Of a stretch of DNA of 64,000 bases, positions 34,616-46,912 are shown one piece after another (the stretch's first letter is position 1; every line of letters starts with the position of its first letter). Under the pieces are notes generated by a model. That model was not told the origin of the DNA. It searched no databases and saw only the letters and a list, made by a program, of their open reading frames with translations. Location: assembly GCF_009914755.1 (NCBI RefSeq), contig NC_060925.1. One strand, given 5' to 3'. Both the position numbers and the translations under genes were made by a program. This DNA comes from the human T2T-CHM13v2.0 reference genome, Homo sapiens.

Positions 34616-37600
34616 GATGGATTTTAAGATTTGAAATCACTAAGAGAATGAGGGAGGACAGAAAGGAAGCCCAAAGGCAGAGCCCCAGGGCACCCCAGTC
34701 TTTAGAGGTCTGGAGATGGGGAGGAACCAGCACAGGAGACTGGGAAGAAGCCATCCCAGGGTAGAAGGAGAAGCAAGAGGAAGAATGGCAGCCTGAAGGC
34801 CAAGATCCAGTAAGGAGCCAGGATCCGTGACACCCGGAGACCAGCCTGGCTCCTGCCCTCCTGCCGTCCCACTGTGGGGAGGACACAGATGCAGACTACA
34901 GTCCCCACTATTATAAAGTGACAGGGACAGGGAAACGCATGAGTCCATTAGCATGAGATGAGAATGGGGGGAGGTGGAGGTGCACAGTGTAGGGGCCTAG
35001 AATGTGGACATTGGGGCTGGGGAAGACCCTCTCACAGAAGAAGGGCTCTAAGCCGGACATCAGAGGGTGAGATTGCATGCATGGCTTTGTGGGCAATGAG
35101 CCATTAGAGGTGGGCCCTAGATTTCCACAGGAGAAGGTGGGATGGGAAAAGGCAGTTCTGGCAGAGTCTGTAGAAGAGTCATAAAAGTATCGGTATGTAA
35201 GGAGGGAATGGCAAGTGGCCCATTTGGGTTGGGGGGTTCTGACCTTTGGGATGCTTGGAGACAAGGCTGGAAGGTTGGTGGGGAGGGGTATGAGAGAGGC
35301 AGTGGGGACCCTTGACCTCAAGGGGCTCACAGTCTAGTTAGGGAGGCAAAGCCCCACAGTGCAGGGAGGTAGTGGTGGGTGCCCAAGAAAGTGCTGTGGG
35401 CACTCTCAGGGCAAGAAGAGGTTAGCTAGTGGAACCAGTTCAGGCTGCCCCTGGGAGGTAGACCTTGAAGAACATGTTAGTGTTGAACATGCCAAGATGC
35501 ACAGAGAAGATTTCTTGGCAGAGAAGACCACACTTGCCAAGGTATGGAAGCAGGAGCTTGCACCCCTTCCTACATGGGTACTGAGGAACCATTGGCAGTT
35601 CCTGAGCTTGGGGAGAGACCCAAGTTGGATCTGGCTTTAGAGTGAATAAGAGGTAAAGGGAAGGGGTCTTGGAGATAGGAGGACCCTTTTGGAGGCAACT
35701 ACACAACCAGATCAGGTAGTGATGGCCTCGGCAGCAGATACAGATGGGACCTGTGGGGCGGTTTTCCTTTAAGTTGGGCCAAGGGTTTTTGCAAGCTGCA
35801 ATCTCACGCTCACGTTGCCCTGCAGGGTGAGAGAGAGGGCCGGGAATGTAGTTGCACCCCAAGGCCTCACTGACCCAAGAAGATTTTTGTGGAGGGGCTG
35901 CCCAGTGCCAGTAGGGGCAAGGAGGGCCACATGTACTCACTATCATGCCAGCCCTTGTCCATCAACCTACCCCATTTAACCCTCCCAGGAGCCTTATGAG
36001 GCAGGTCCTAGTGTCACCGCCATTTTGCAGATGAGGGAAACGAGGCACAAAGAGGTAGAATGGCTTGCCCTATTGCACAGCTAGGGTATAAGAGGCCAGG
36101 ATTTGAACATCTCCCTGACACCAAAGCCAGCCTCTTAGCTATGTGTGAGGTTGCCTTGCAAAGGCTTTATTCAGTAGCCAAAGGTCCGAACCCTCCCAAA
36201 GGAAAGGATCAAGAGGGTCTCCCTGACCTCGTTGCCCTTCCTCACTCCCTGGCCAGGCTGCTATTTCAAGGTGAACTAAGGGACCCCAGAACTGATGAAC
36301 AATCGGTTCAATGAACTGATTTATCAAGCACTTAGTCTGTGCCAAGCATATGGGTTGTATTTATCAGATGTATCTAGGCCAGGTGTGTATGTGATGTATT
36401 TATCCTGGCTCAGGAACCTGCAGTGGCTCCCCAGTGCCCTGGTCCAGTGGTCTTAACCTCATTTTATAGATGAGAACTTTGATGCTTAGAGCAGATGTGT
36501 TGCTGGCTCATAGCGGCATTTGAACGCGGGGCTGCTGATTTCTGGGCCTGTATTATTTCTAAGACACCTCACTGCCTTCTGCACTAGCAGGAAGGGGTGA
36601 ACCCCATGGCTTCAGAACTGGAACAGGAAAGTGGACCAACATGGAGCCCGCCCCAGCCACAGCCCTAGGGAAGCGTCCAAGCTGGCTCTTTGTGTATAAA
36701 TCATGGTCTGTTTACTGAACAGGGAGTGTGTCTTTCCTCCTGGGGAGCTGCCCCAGGGTGGCTGCAGGTGCAAATAGGGTTGAATTCAGGATAGGGCCTT
36801 CTCTCCTGCCCAGCCTGACCGCTGAGTAGCCTCTGGACTGGAATGAAAGGCTTTCCAGTAAGTGCCTTGCTGGACTGCAGCTCAGCCATGTGCCAGGTGG
36901 GAATGGGGGTGGGAGACCAACCAAGAGAAGGATTCAGGAGCCTGAGAGCAGGGGCAGGAACTTGCCAACAAATCTCTTAGCAAGCTGCTTTCTCAGCTGG
37001 CCTCATAGAGCGTCCCCAGGGACGTCACAGGGCAGAGCTGGTCACGAGGAGTCCTGGCTGCCCTCCCAGCCTGATCTAGAGGAAGAAGGGCGCATGGGGT
37101 GAAAACACCAGGGAGCTCAAGGCAGGATTCAGAAATCAGACACTGCGGCTGCCTCTCCCCTGGCCTTGAAGGACATACGGCCTGGGCCTCTCTTGATCCG
37201 TAACTGATCAGAGTGGGTGGGGTGGGGTGAGCAATCAGATCTGCAACTGTTTTCACAGAGAATTGAGCGGCCCTGCAATGCCTGATGCGTGGAAAACACA
37301 TTCCACTTGGCCTGGGGCTGGGCCAGTCCCCCCTTGGTCTAATCTTGAGTGTGTCCCATCCCCTCTCTGAGGTCTTCATCTATGACAATGAAGGGGTAGG
37401 GGCAGCAGGATCCCCCAGATTCTTCCAGGCCCTTCAAACGTCTGGTTTGAGGTCCTGTGATAGAACAGGAAGGGGCCTGAGCTACAGCCAGGAGCATGGA
37501 CACCAGGCCTGTACCCTGTGTGCTGGGCACGATCTGCTTTGCTCAGTCTGCCTGGGCTCCTCAGTGCCTCCCTGGTTGAGCACCTCGAGAGGGTGAATAC

Positions 37601-37760
37601 GGGCCAGGAACTCTGTTCAGCCCTGCCACCTACAGGGGAAGCAGCTGGGATGAACCGGCAAAGGATCAAGTCTGTTTGGCTTTGGGATGTGTTTTCCTAC
37701 CACTTCTTAAGCATGGGAGGGGCTGACATTCTGGAAATTCACTTCAGCCCAAACAGGGAA

Positions 37761-37942
37761 GCCATCCCAGGACGCAGTGCTGGGTCCTTCCAGCCTTCTC
37801 CTCCCTCCTTGGCGAACTCCCTTCTGGTAATAGATTCTCCGACCTCCAGCCCATCCCAGGACACAGGGCTGGGTGCCTCCAGCCCTCTGCTCCCTCCTTG
37901 GCGGGCCCTCCCTTCTGGTAATAGATTCTTTGACCTCCAGCC
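37761..37942. repeat. Tandem duplication, ~90 bp unit x2
   Basis: ccatcccaggac...ctccctccttggcg...ctcccttctggtaatagattct..gacctccagcc occurs twice head to tail. Confidence 0.93.
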
Positions 37943-39041
37943 TCATCTTCCTCCTAACTTCTCCCTCCCTCTCACCCTCACTTCCATTCTTTTTCCAGGC
38001 TGTATCCTTTTTCAGACCTTGCCCAGCCTAGAGAGGTGGTTAAGTGTGTGAATTTCAGAAGGATTCTCTGCCTTCAGTCAACACAAGTGAGCAGTTAGGA
38101 AGCACTCATTAAGGAGATTAGAGGCTAACTCTGAATTCAGGAGGTGCCGCAAAGCCCACGCTGCAGACTCAAGTGGGCTCAACAGGCTCCAGAGTTTCCA
38201 CTGCGGAAGGTGGAGCCTGTGACTCTCAATGTTTTCAGCCTCTGCAGGGAGGACACTGAAGGAACAATTACTCCTCTTAGGGTTACACTCTGGTCCCTAA
38301 AGGAAACTACTGCTGCCTGCAATGACTCCATAGTTGTAAGGAGTTGATGGGAGGCGCCACCTCTTTCAGGAAGCCTTTCAGATAGTAGCAGGCATGTCCC
38401 TTTCTCCCTCCCCTCCACCTTCACAGTTTTCTGCACTGAGTGCAAAAGGCTCTGGTTGTGCCAGAGGGTGTCTTCCTCATTACTCTTCTGTCTGGTTCAT
38501 GGGATGGAAAACTATCATTTTGCACTTATCTCAGCCTTTACTCCCAGGACAGGTGCCTGATGCCCAGTGGTAGGGGCCAGGCCTCGTAGCTGGTTCGTGC
38601 ACTAGAATGAGAATGGCCGCAAATTTTTACTTTGTGTATTTGTTTGGTTTCTTTGCCCAAATTTTCTTTCCTTTTTTTTTTAATGGAAATAAGTTTCTGG
38701 TTATAAGAAAGTAACCCATGAGCTGAAGAAATCAAAAGGCACCTGTAATCCCGGCACTCAGAGGTAGTCAGTGGGTCATACCAGACTTAGTTCTGTACAC
38801 TTACACTTTGATGTACAATAAGAATTATACTGTGTTTTTTTCTTATTTGCAATTTACTTAAAAAGAAAGAAAGAAAGAAAGAAAAAGATCCCGTGGATGT
38901 CTCCCCAGGTAAATAGGCACAGGTCGACCTCACCTGCGTGGATGACTGCATGGTATCCTATTTTATATTTGAGCCATAGTTCACCCTCTATTAGCTACAA
39001 CTAATCTTGAAGAGACAGAGGATTGGCACGGTTGATTTTTG

Positions 39042-39335
39042 GGCCAGGTGCAGTGGCTCACGCCTGTAATTCCAGCACTTTGGGAGACCAAAGCAGGCAG
39101 ATCACTTGAGGCCAGGCATTCGAGACCAGCCTTGGCCAACATGGTGAAACCCACTCTCTACTAAAAATACAAAAATTAGCTGAGTGTGGTAGCATGCATC
39201 TGTAATCCCAGCTACTTGGGAGGCTGAGGCACGAGAATCGCTTGAACCCAGGAGATGAAGGTCTCAGTGAGCTGAGATAGCACCATTATACTCCAGTCTG
39301 AGCGACAGAACAAGATTCTGTCTCCAAAAAAAAAA
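39042..39335 (+). mobile_element. Alu (AluS-type)
   Basis: Sense dimer; gatttttg on both sides. Confidence 0.93.
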
Positions 39336-39346
39336 GATTTTTGTAT

Positions 39347-40117
<771 letters not shown>

Positions 40118-40356
40118 GTGAGTCAGAGGCCCTCGGCGGGGGAGGGGGGCGGGGGCCAGAAGAGGCCCAACAGCCAGCTTCACCCTGTCATCTCTGAGAC
40201 CCAGAGATGTTGAGGGTCTCTCCCACGGCTGCACAGCCCAGCAGTCTCGGAACCGGAGCTGCCGTGCAGTCTGTGCTGAGTCCCTCCCTTAAGACAGCCT
40301 TGAGGTGGGGACATCCTCCCCAGTCTAGCATCTTCCCTGGGGAGGGGACACAGCCA

Positions 40357-40479
40357 CGACCATCCATCCCCTCCCTGCAAGGTCAGTCATTGCTCATCTG
40401 GGGCACATTGCTTCCACCCTGGACGGCCCCTGGGGCTGGATCTATCACACACAGCAGCTGCAGCAAGTGGGGAATGGCT
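40357..40479. repeat. ~123 bp dispersed direct repeat, copy 1 (partner 42830-42953)
   Basis: Manual alignment: 22 differences in 124 columns (~82%). Confidence 0.92.
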
Positions 40480-42588
40480 TTGTGGAGGGGGGACGTGGCT
40501 CATCTGCTGAGAGCTGCTCCAGCCTTGAGCCCGCCCTGCACTGGCCTGTTGAGATGGCCAGGTGGGGTGGGTGTGGAGTGGGTGGTGCATATCCCTTTGC
40601 AGACCCATGGCCAGGCCTGGGACCTCTTGGTCTCCAGCCTTGCAGGCACACTTGGTCAGGGACCAGAGCCTTTCAGAGGGAATGGTCGTGTGTCTGGATG
40701 GCACAACAGCCTTGAACACCACAGCCCACCATGTTGATCTCTCAGCCCAGACTAAAGCAAGGCATGCATCCCAGAGGGGAGCTCCCCACGGAGAGAGGCT
40801 ATTTACATAGACTTGGGGAGTAAGCAGTGGAGACCGGGAGGGGCCGCATCCAAGCACACACCAGGCTCCATGTGGGCTCTGGGAGTGCCAGGTCCTGCTG
40901 CAGACAGGTCTGGGGCTGGTTCCTGCAGCTCCTGGCAGCAGCGAGGACCCTGCCTCCTTGAGAGACAGCTTGCCAGCACAGAGCAGGGTGGAGAGAGAGT
41001 CTGGGAGAGCCTGGGAACGCAACACTTTAGGGGAGCTTCCCTGGAGACAGAGACCTCTGGAGTCCTGGCTGCCCTGCGTCTCTTGGAAAAGTCATTGACC
41101 CTCCCTGAGCCTTAGATTCCTCAACTATACAATGAGAATGATGACAACAGCAACAATATTAATAATGCCTAACTCATAGGCTTATCATGAGGATTAAATA
41201 CAGTGGAGAGTTGTAACCGCATTTTATAACACTATGAAGTCTGATACTGATGTAAAGTGAGGTCACCCTTGTCATTGTTAGGATGATTTTGAGGCTTGTT
41301 GACATTTCTGGTTGTTTGTGTGAGGCCAAGGAAGCTGAGAATCCCCCCATTACCCCTCTTTGGGTTGGAGAAAGGTGGAGGAAGGAGAAGGAAGGAGTGT
41401 CCCCATAGGCCTGCCTCGTTCCCTGTGTAGACAGTGGCTCTTTGGGATACAGAACGGGCTCAGGCAGCTGCCCACAGTGCCTTAGGAGCTGGGGGACACT
41501 CAGGCAGGTGGGGCAGGTGAGGAAATGTCCCTGGAAGAAAGCAAGGTGGGGTCACTCGACCTCGAACCTTGACTTTCTCATCTGAGAAATGGGAATGATG
41601 ACCCTCGCCACACTGACCTCACCGAGCCCTGGGAAGCTGAAGGGGAGCGGTTTTGCAGGTGCTCTGTGGATGAAGAGCTCCCCCAGGTTAACAGATGAGC
41701 ACTGCTGTTCTCAGTAATAAAGACGATGGTGTGCAAAGCATGCTGAGGGAACCCTCTGGGGCAAGGAGGGTGACAACAGGCATGTCTGGCTGTGGGCAGG
41801 CCTCTCTCTGCAGCTCCCCTGTGTCCTGTGTTCACCCTGCACGGGAGGGGTTGGCAGCCCCCTTCTGCAGCTGAGGAAATGGGGCAGGGAAAGGCTGCAC
41901 ATCTTTTCTGAGGTGCCAAAGCCAGGTCAGTGGCTCAGGTGGGGTTTACCCCAGATCTGGTCCTGGCATGATGCTCCAGCACCCCTGATTTGCAATCCCA
42001 ACTTAAGAAAGAAAATAGAAATGATTAAGGCAAGTGTGGGCATGCCCTGTGCGCTCCGAGCTGAGGGCCCAAGAAACTGCTGTTCACTGAATACGTAGCT
42101 GCCTGGCTGCCTGGCTCCCTCCTTCTTAGCCCCAGCCTTTCCCTGTCTGCCCCACAGCCTCCTCAGAGAACCAGGAAAGGGCCTTGCTGTCTTCCTGCTG
42201 AGCCTTGGGGTCTCCTCCAGGAAGGTGAAGTAGCCTGGCCAGAGTGGGATTTACCTCCCCTCAGTCTAAGCTCCAGCCAGCAGCTCTCCCGGCAGGTTCT
42301 GGCGCTCCTTGGAGCACAACCAGGCATCGCTTTGCTGCCATCATCTCAGCAAGGGCTGGGGAAGGAAGCCAAGCCCAGCATTTATTTGGAATGCTAGAAA
42401 TTGCAGGAGTTCTGCCAGGCAGGTGCAGATTCCTCTTGACTTTTGTTATGAAAACCATCGTCACCTTGCCTGGCTTACCAGAGCCGGGGACAGGTATGGG
42501 AGGAATATCAGTGGCCAGGGTGACCTGTCTCAAGGGCCTGCATCTTACAAGTGTCCCCACTGTCCCCCTCCTTCTTTCTGTCCTGCAG

Positions 42589-42669
42589 AGCGGAGAAGCA
42601 TCCTTGTTTGAGGTGAACATCCGCTACATCGGGGGACTCCTCTCAGCCTTCTACCTGACAGGAGAAGAG
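42589..42669 (+). CDS. MAN1C1: MAN1C1 coding exon (probably exon 4), 81 nt: SGEASLFEVNIRYIGGLLSAFYLTGEE
   Basis: Pyrimidine tract + cAG acceptor; donor GAG|gtgggt. 'FEVNIRYIGGLLS' is the conserved GH47 motif carrying an active-site Glu. Phase 0-0. Confidence 0.97.
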
Positions 42670-42829
42670 GTGGGTTGGCCTTTCATGACCCCTGAACTGT
42701 CCAGGCTGGAAAGGGCTTTGGAGAATATCCAGTCCTTCCCCCTCATGCCATCCATGGGAAAAGGGACTTAAGGGGGCAGGGATGGGCCTGGGGCCACCCA
42801 AGTCCACCCCTGAGGGCCTGTTTTCCCTC

Positions 42830-42953
42830 CGACCATCCCTCCGCTCCCTGTTTAATCAGTCATTGCTCATCATGGGCATGTTGCTCCCACCCCAGACGGC
42901 CCCCCAGGGCTGAATCTATCACACAAAGCAGCGGCAGCAAGAGGAGAATGGCT
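42830..42953. repeat. ~123 bp dispersed direct repeat, copy 2 (partner 40357-40479)
   Basis: Same alignment. Confidence 0.92.
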
Positions 42954-44288
42954 CTTCCTCCTTTACTCTCTGATCCCTCCATTCTGCTGCCCAGGTGAGC
43001 CCAACTGGCTCCCACAGGTGCTTGTATGTTCTCTGAGAGCAGCAGCTGGGTCCATACATCATCCACTCAGATCCCACTCAGCATCCAGCAGGCACCTGGG
43101 CTGCTTTTCACAAGTGTTGGTTCTTAGGACTGATAAAGCCAAGACCAAGACCCCCAGGCCTTGTCCTCCACAGCCACCCCTTGCCCTCCCCTCCTGGGCC
43201 AACCACCAGCCAGACACCTGCTCCAGGTCTCACGGGGGCAGCAGGTGAGGTGGGGCAGCCACTGCTGTATCTGCCAGTGCCAGGCCTTGCCCCCAGGTGA
43301 GCTGTGTTGGTTTCCACAAGGAGGGCTGGGAAGTGCACGCTACAGGAAGGCAGAGCTGGTGCGGTCAGGAAACCTGGCCCTCACTCCACACCACCCTCAC
43401 CTACTCATGGCCTTAGCGAGCTCCTTGTCCCACCCTGGGCCTCGCTTCCTTCCCCAGCATGGATGGTTCTGATACCCCTTCGCTCAAAGACCTCTTAGGA
43501 CATGGGATAGGAAGGAAAGGGTGGGGCCCCAAGGCTGATGGCTCCAAAGCCCATCTTCTCCTCCCTGCGAGAGAATTTTGAAAACCACAGAGCTCTTAGA
43601 AATGGGAGGCTTCTTCATCCCCGCTCCCGAGCTCCGGTAAAAGCACAGCCCAGATATCTGGTGGCGAGGTTGGCTGAGTCCCCAAAACATCAGTCATTGG
43701 TCAGTTCTGTTCCCCATTACTCAGAGAGGCTGCTGTGAGGCTGGACGCCCCCCTGCTCTGACCACCCAGAGACAAATAATGATGCCTGCCCCCCGCCACC
43801 CAAGGAGCCATGGAGGTGAGGCGGGCAAGCCACAGAATAATCCCTCTTCACCTCCACTGCTGCTGTCTGGAAAGTCATTTCCGCTTCCCTTCATCTGTGA
43901 AGGTGCCAGGGGCTGAAGTCAAGGGTTTCGAAGCAACAGGCGGGCACCTTATCTCTCCAATTGCTCCAGGCCTCTCTCCATCGAGCATAATCTCCTCAGC
44001 AGAGATTAGCGCTTGTACCAATTTGTCCCCAAATAATTGTAGATGGAAGCCCTCGGCTTTGAGCCACCCGGAGCCTGAATTTCATTTGAAAACTCCAGAA
44101 CAGGAAAATGACAGAAGGAGCAGAAAAAGCATCTGTGTTCTTCAGGGCATATGCCCAGCCTTCCTACTTGGCCGTGGTCAGTGGAGATGGCCTGCAGGAA
44201 GGAAGAGGGGAGGACACAGCTCAGGGCTCTCGGGGCGGTTTGGGGGTGAGCAATTCAGGAAAGAGTTGGTGGCTGTTGAGACACATTG

Positions 44289-44732
44289 CTTCTTCCTTCC
44301 CTCTCTTCCATCCATCTTTCCTCCCTTCCGTCCATCTTTCCTTCTGTCCTTCCATCCATCTTTCCTTCCGTTCTTCCTTCCTTCTATCCATCTTTCCACC
44401 CTTCCCTCCCCCATTTCCATCCATCTTTCCTTCCTTCCTTCCATCCATCTTTCCTTCCATCCTTCCTTCCCTTCGTTCATCTTTCCTTCCATCCTTCCTT
44501 CCATTTATCTTTCCTTCTGTCTTATCTTCCTTCCATTCGTCTTTCCTTCCTTCCTTCCTTCCTTCTCCTTCCATCCATCTTTTCTTCTGTCCTTTTCTCC
44601 TTCCATCCATCCTTCCATCATTCTCCTTCCATCCACCTTTTCTTCTGTCTTTTTCTCCTTCCATCCATCCTTCCATCATTCTCCTTCCATGCATCTTCCC
44701 TGCATTTTTCTTCCCTTCCTCCCTTCTCTCTT
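44289..44732. repeat. Degenerate (TTCC)/(TCCA)n pyrimidine-rich simple repeat
   Basis: ~440 bp almost free of G on the + strand. Confidence 0.95.
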
Positions 44733-45656
44733 CAAGGGCATCTGTGGTTCTGAGAACTTGCTTTGAGGCCTCAACTTCCTAGAAGGCACCAGCAACCCAG
44801 CTTTCCAGAACATAGACCAGATAGTGGGGTGTGGACAGGAGCACCTGTGACTTGAAAAACAGCTCAAAAGACTCAAGGAGGGGCCAACGTGGCCAGAACC
44901 CCTGGGCAGGCAGGCAGGCTCCTGTGTCAGTCAGTGCAGCCCCTGCCCTCTGGCCACACCTTCCTGATCTATCCCCCGAGCACCTCCCTGAGCCAGATGC
45001 CATGCTGCATACCTCGTGTACTTTCTCACTGGAGCCTCGGATGGCCCCATCAGGTGCATGTTATCACCGATTTGCAGATGAGGAAACTGAGACTTAGAAG
45101 CAGTAACTGGCTCCGGGTCGCACAGTGTCTGAGGGTTGTGTTGGGCCTGACTCCTGACCCTGTGGCCTTTGTGCTATGGGCCTGGGTCACAGCTTGGCAT
45201 GGCGTCACTGCTTGTCACCAGGGCTCAGCCACACCAGACTGAGGCCTCTCTCTTCCCTTAGTCCTTGAGCTCACATGCAGTGGGTGCCTGTTGGGTGGGT
45301 CTTTCCATTCTTAAAATTTCCCACAAAGGTTTGTGGAATGAAGGGTGAAGGAGACCCCACACTTTTCCTGGGCTGAGGCCTTTCTTTGCTTAAGATGAAG
45401 CTTCAGAGGGAGACCCCCTGCTGGGTAGGCCAGTCCTACCGAGAGCCAGTGCCCATGGGAGTAACTCGTATAACCACAGCTGCACACGTGAGGTTGGCAC
45501 GGCACTTCACAGTTTATAAAGTACATTCATTTCTCTACATCCTCTCATTTGATTTCCACAAAGACCCCTGCAGCAGCCAGGCTCGTGCCACCATTGTGTT
45601 GTGCAGATGAGGAAACCAAGGTGCAGCGAGGTTTCCTCCCACTGTCCCCGCTCCTC

Positions 45657-45800
45657 CACCTGGCTATTTTTTGTATTTTTGGTAGAGACGGGGTTTCACC
45701 ATGTTGGCCAGGATGGTCTCGAACTCCTGACCTCAGGTGATCCACCTGCTTCGGCCTCCCAAAATGCTGGGATTACAGGCATGAGCCACCGTGCCTGGCC
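45657..45800 (-). mobile_element. Alu left arm plus linker only
   Basis: MIR-like sequence joins abruptly to cacctggctattttttgtattttt; right arm and tail absent. Confidence 0.88.
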
Positions 45801-46817
45801 CACAGCATCATTTCAATAGCTGCATGGTATTTTGTTGCATGGAGCCATTATCTAACCACTTTCCTATTGTTTGATATTTAGAACACTTCCAGTTTTTCCC
45901 ACTATTCTAAACAATGCTGGAATAAATAAGTCTTTACAACATTCTCGATTATTTATTTCCTCAGAATAAATTCCCAGGCAGGAAACGGCTGGGTCAGAAG
46001 GTCACAGGTCCTTTTGAATTAATCAGACATCTCAGAACAGTTTGAAGGGGTCTGAGCCTCAGGCAGGGGCCGTGAGGCCTGGGACCTCGCTGTGGCTCCC
46101 TTGCTGTCCTGTGGGTGGTTGAGGATAAGCCACTCACCCTCTCCCTTCATTCCCCATTTGTGAAATGGGAACAGTGGGCAGGATCAGGATGTCAAAGCGG
46201 GACAGGCCTGTCCACTGCTCTTACGCAGGAAGAGGGAAACTGTCGCCCAGGAGGAAGGGTCTCTGGAACCTGAGGGTGGTCTTGGCTCCCAGTTCAGTGC
46301 TCTTGACAGTCTGTCCGAACGGCACCACCTGTTCCCATGCCCTCTGCCTGTGGTATCGTAGTCCTGCAGTGTGGGCAGGCATTGACCTTTGGAGACCGGC
46401 CCGTCTCTGCCAGGTCTTCATCTGGACTTGGAGGTGCCCCCCACCCCCCGCACCTCACTGCTTTCTCCCTCATCTTCCCAGTGGCTGCCCCATCCCAATA
46501 AGCAGCATCCAGCCTTTGCCACCAGAGTCCTGACACTGTGGTAGATGCTTTGCCACAATTATCTAATTTTCATTTCTCCCAACAACTCTCTAAGAAGGCC
46601 AGTATTATCCTATTTTATGGACAAAAGCTGAGGCTCAGAAGTACCTTGCCAAAGTCCACGTGGCCAGCAGTTGGAAGAACCGGGCTGGTGGACTGCAGCA
46701 CTGCCCCCTACTCTAGACCTGCAGCCCTGGGGGGTTCATCCTGCCTGCAGCAGTTCTGGGGTTGACCTTCCCTCACCCAGCCTGGAGTCAAAAGCCCTTT
46801 GATCCCCTCCTTTACAG

Positions 46818-46912
46818 GTGTTCCGAATAAAGGCCATCAGGCTGGGAGAGAAGCTCCTGCCGGCGTTCAACACCCCCACGGGAATCCCAAAGGGCGTGGT
46901 GAGCTTCAAAAG
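46818..46912 (+). CDS. MAN1C1: MAN1C1 coding exon (probably exon 5), 95 nt: VFRIKAIRLGEKLLPAFNTPTGIPKGVVSFK(S)
   Basis: Acceptor cctttacAG|; donor AAG|gtaggg. GH47 'LLPAFNTPTGIP' motif. Phase 0-2. Confidence 0.96.

Noticed and set aside
42244-42771. 175 aa ORF (also 39890-40213, 51730-52179, 56893-57510) as standalone genes
   Set aside because: Each is a real MAN1C1 exon read into flanking intron; GH47 similarity stops at the splice sites.
40357-42953. The ~123 bp intronic repeat as a snoRNA pair
   Set aside because: No H box plus terminal ACA or C/D boxes on the host strand. ATGATGA/CTGA-like words are antisense, too close together and not shared intact. CpG decay suggests weak constraint.
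43810-44782. 318 and 224 aa F/S/P/L-rich ORFs
   Set aside because: Produced by the (TTCC/TCCA)n tract.
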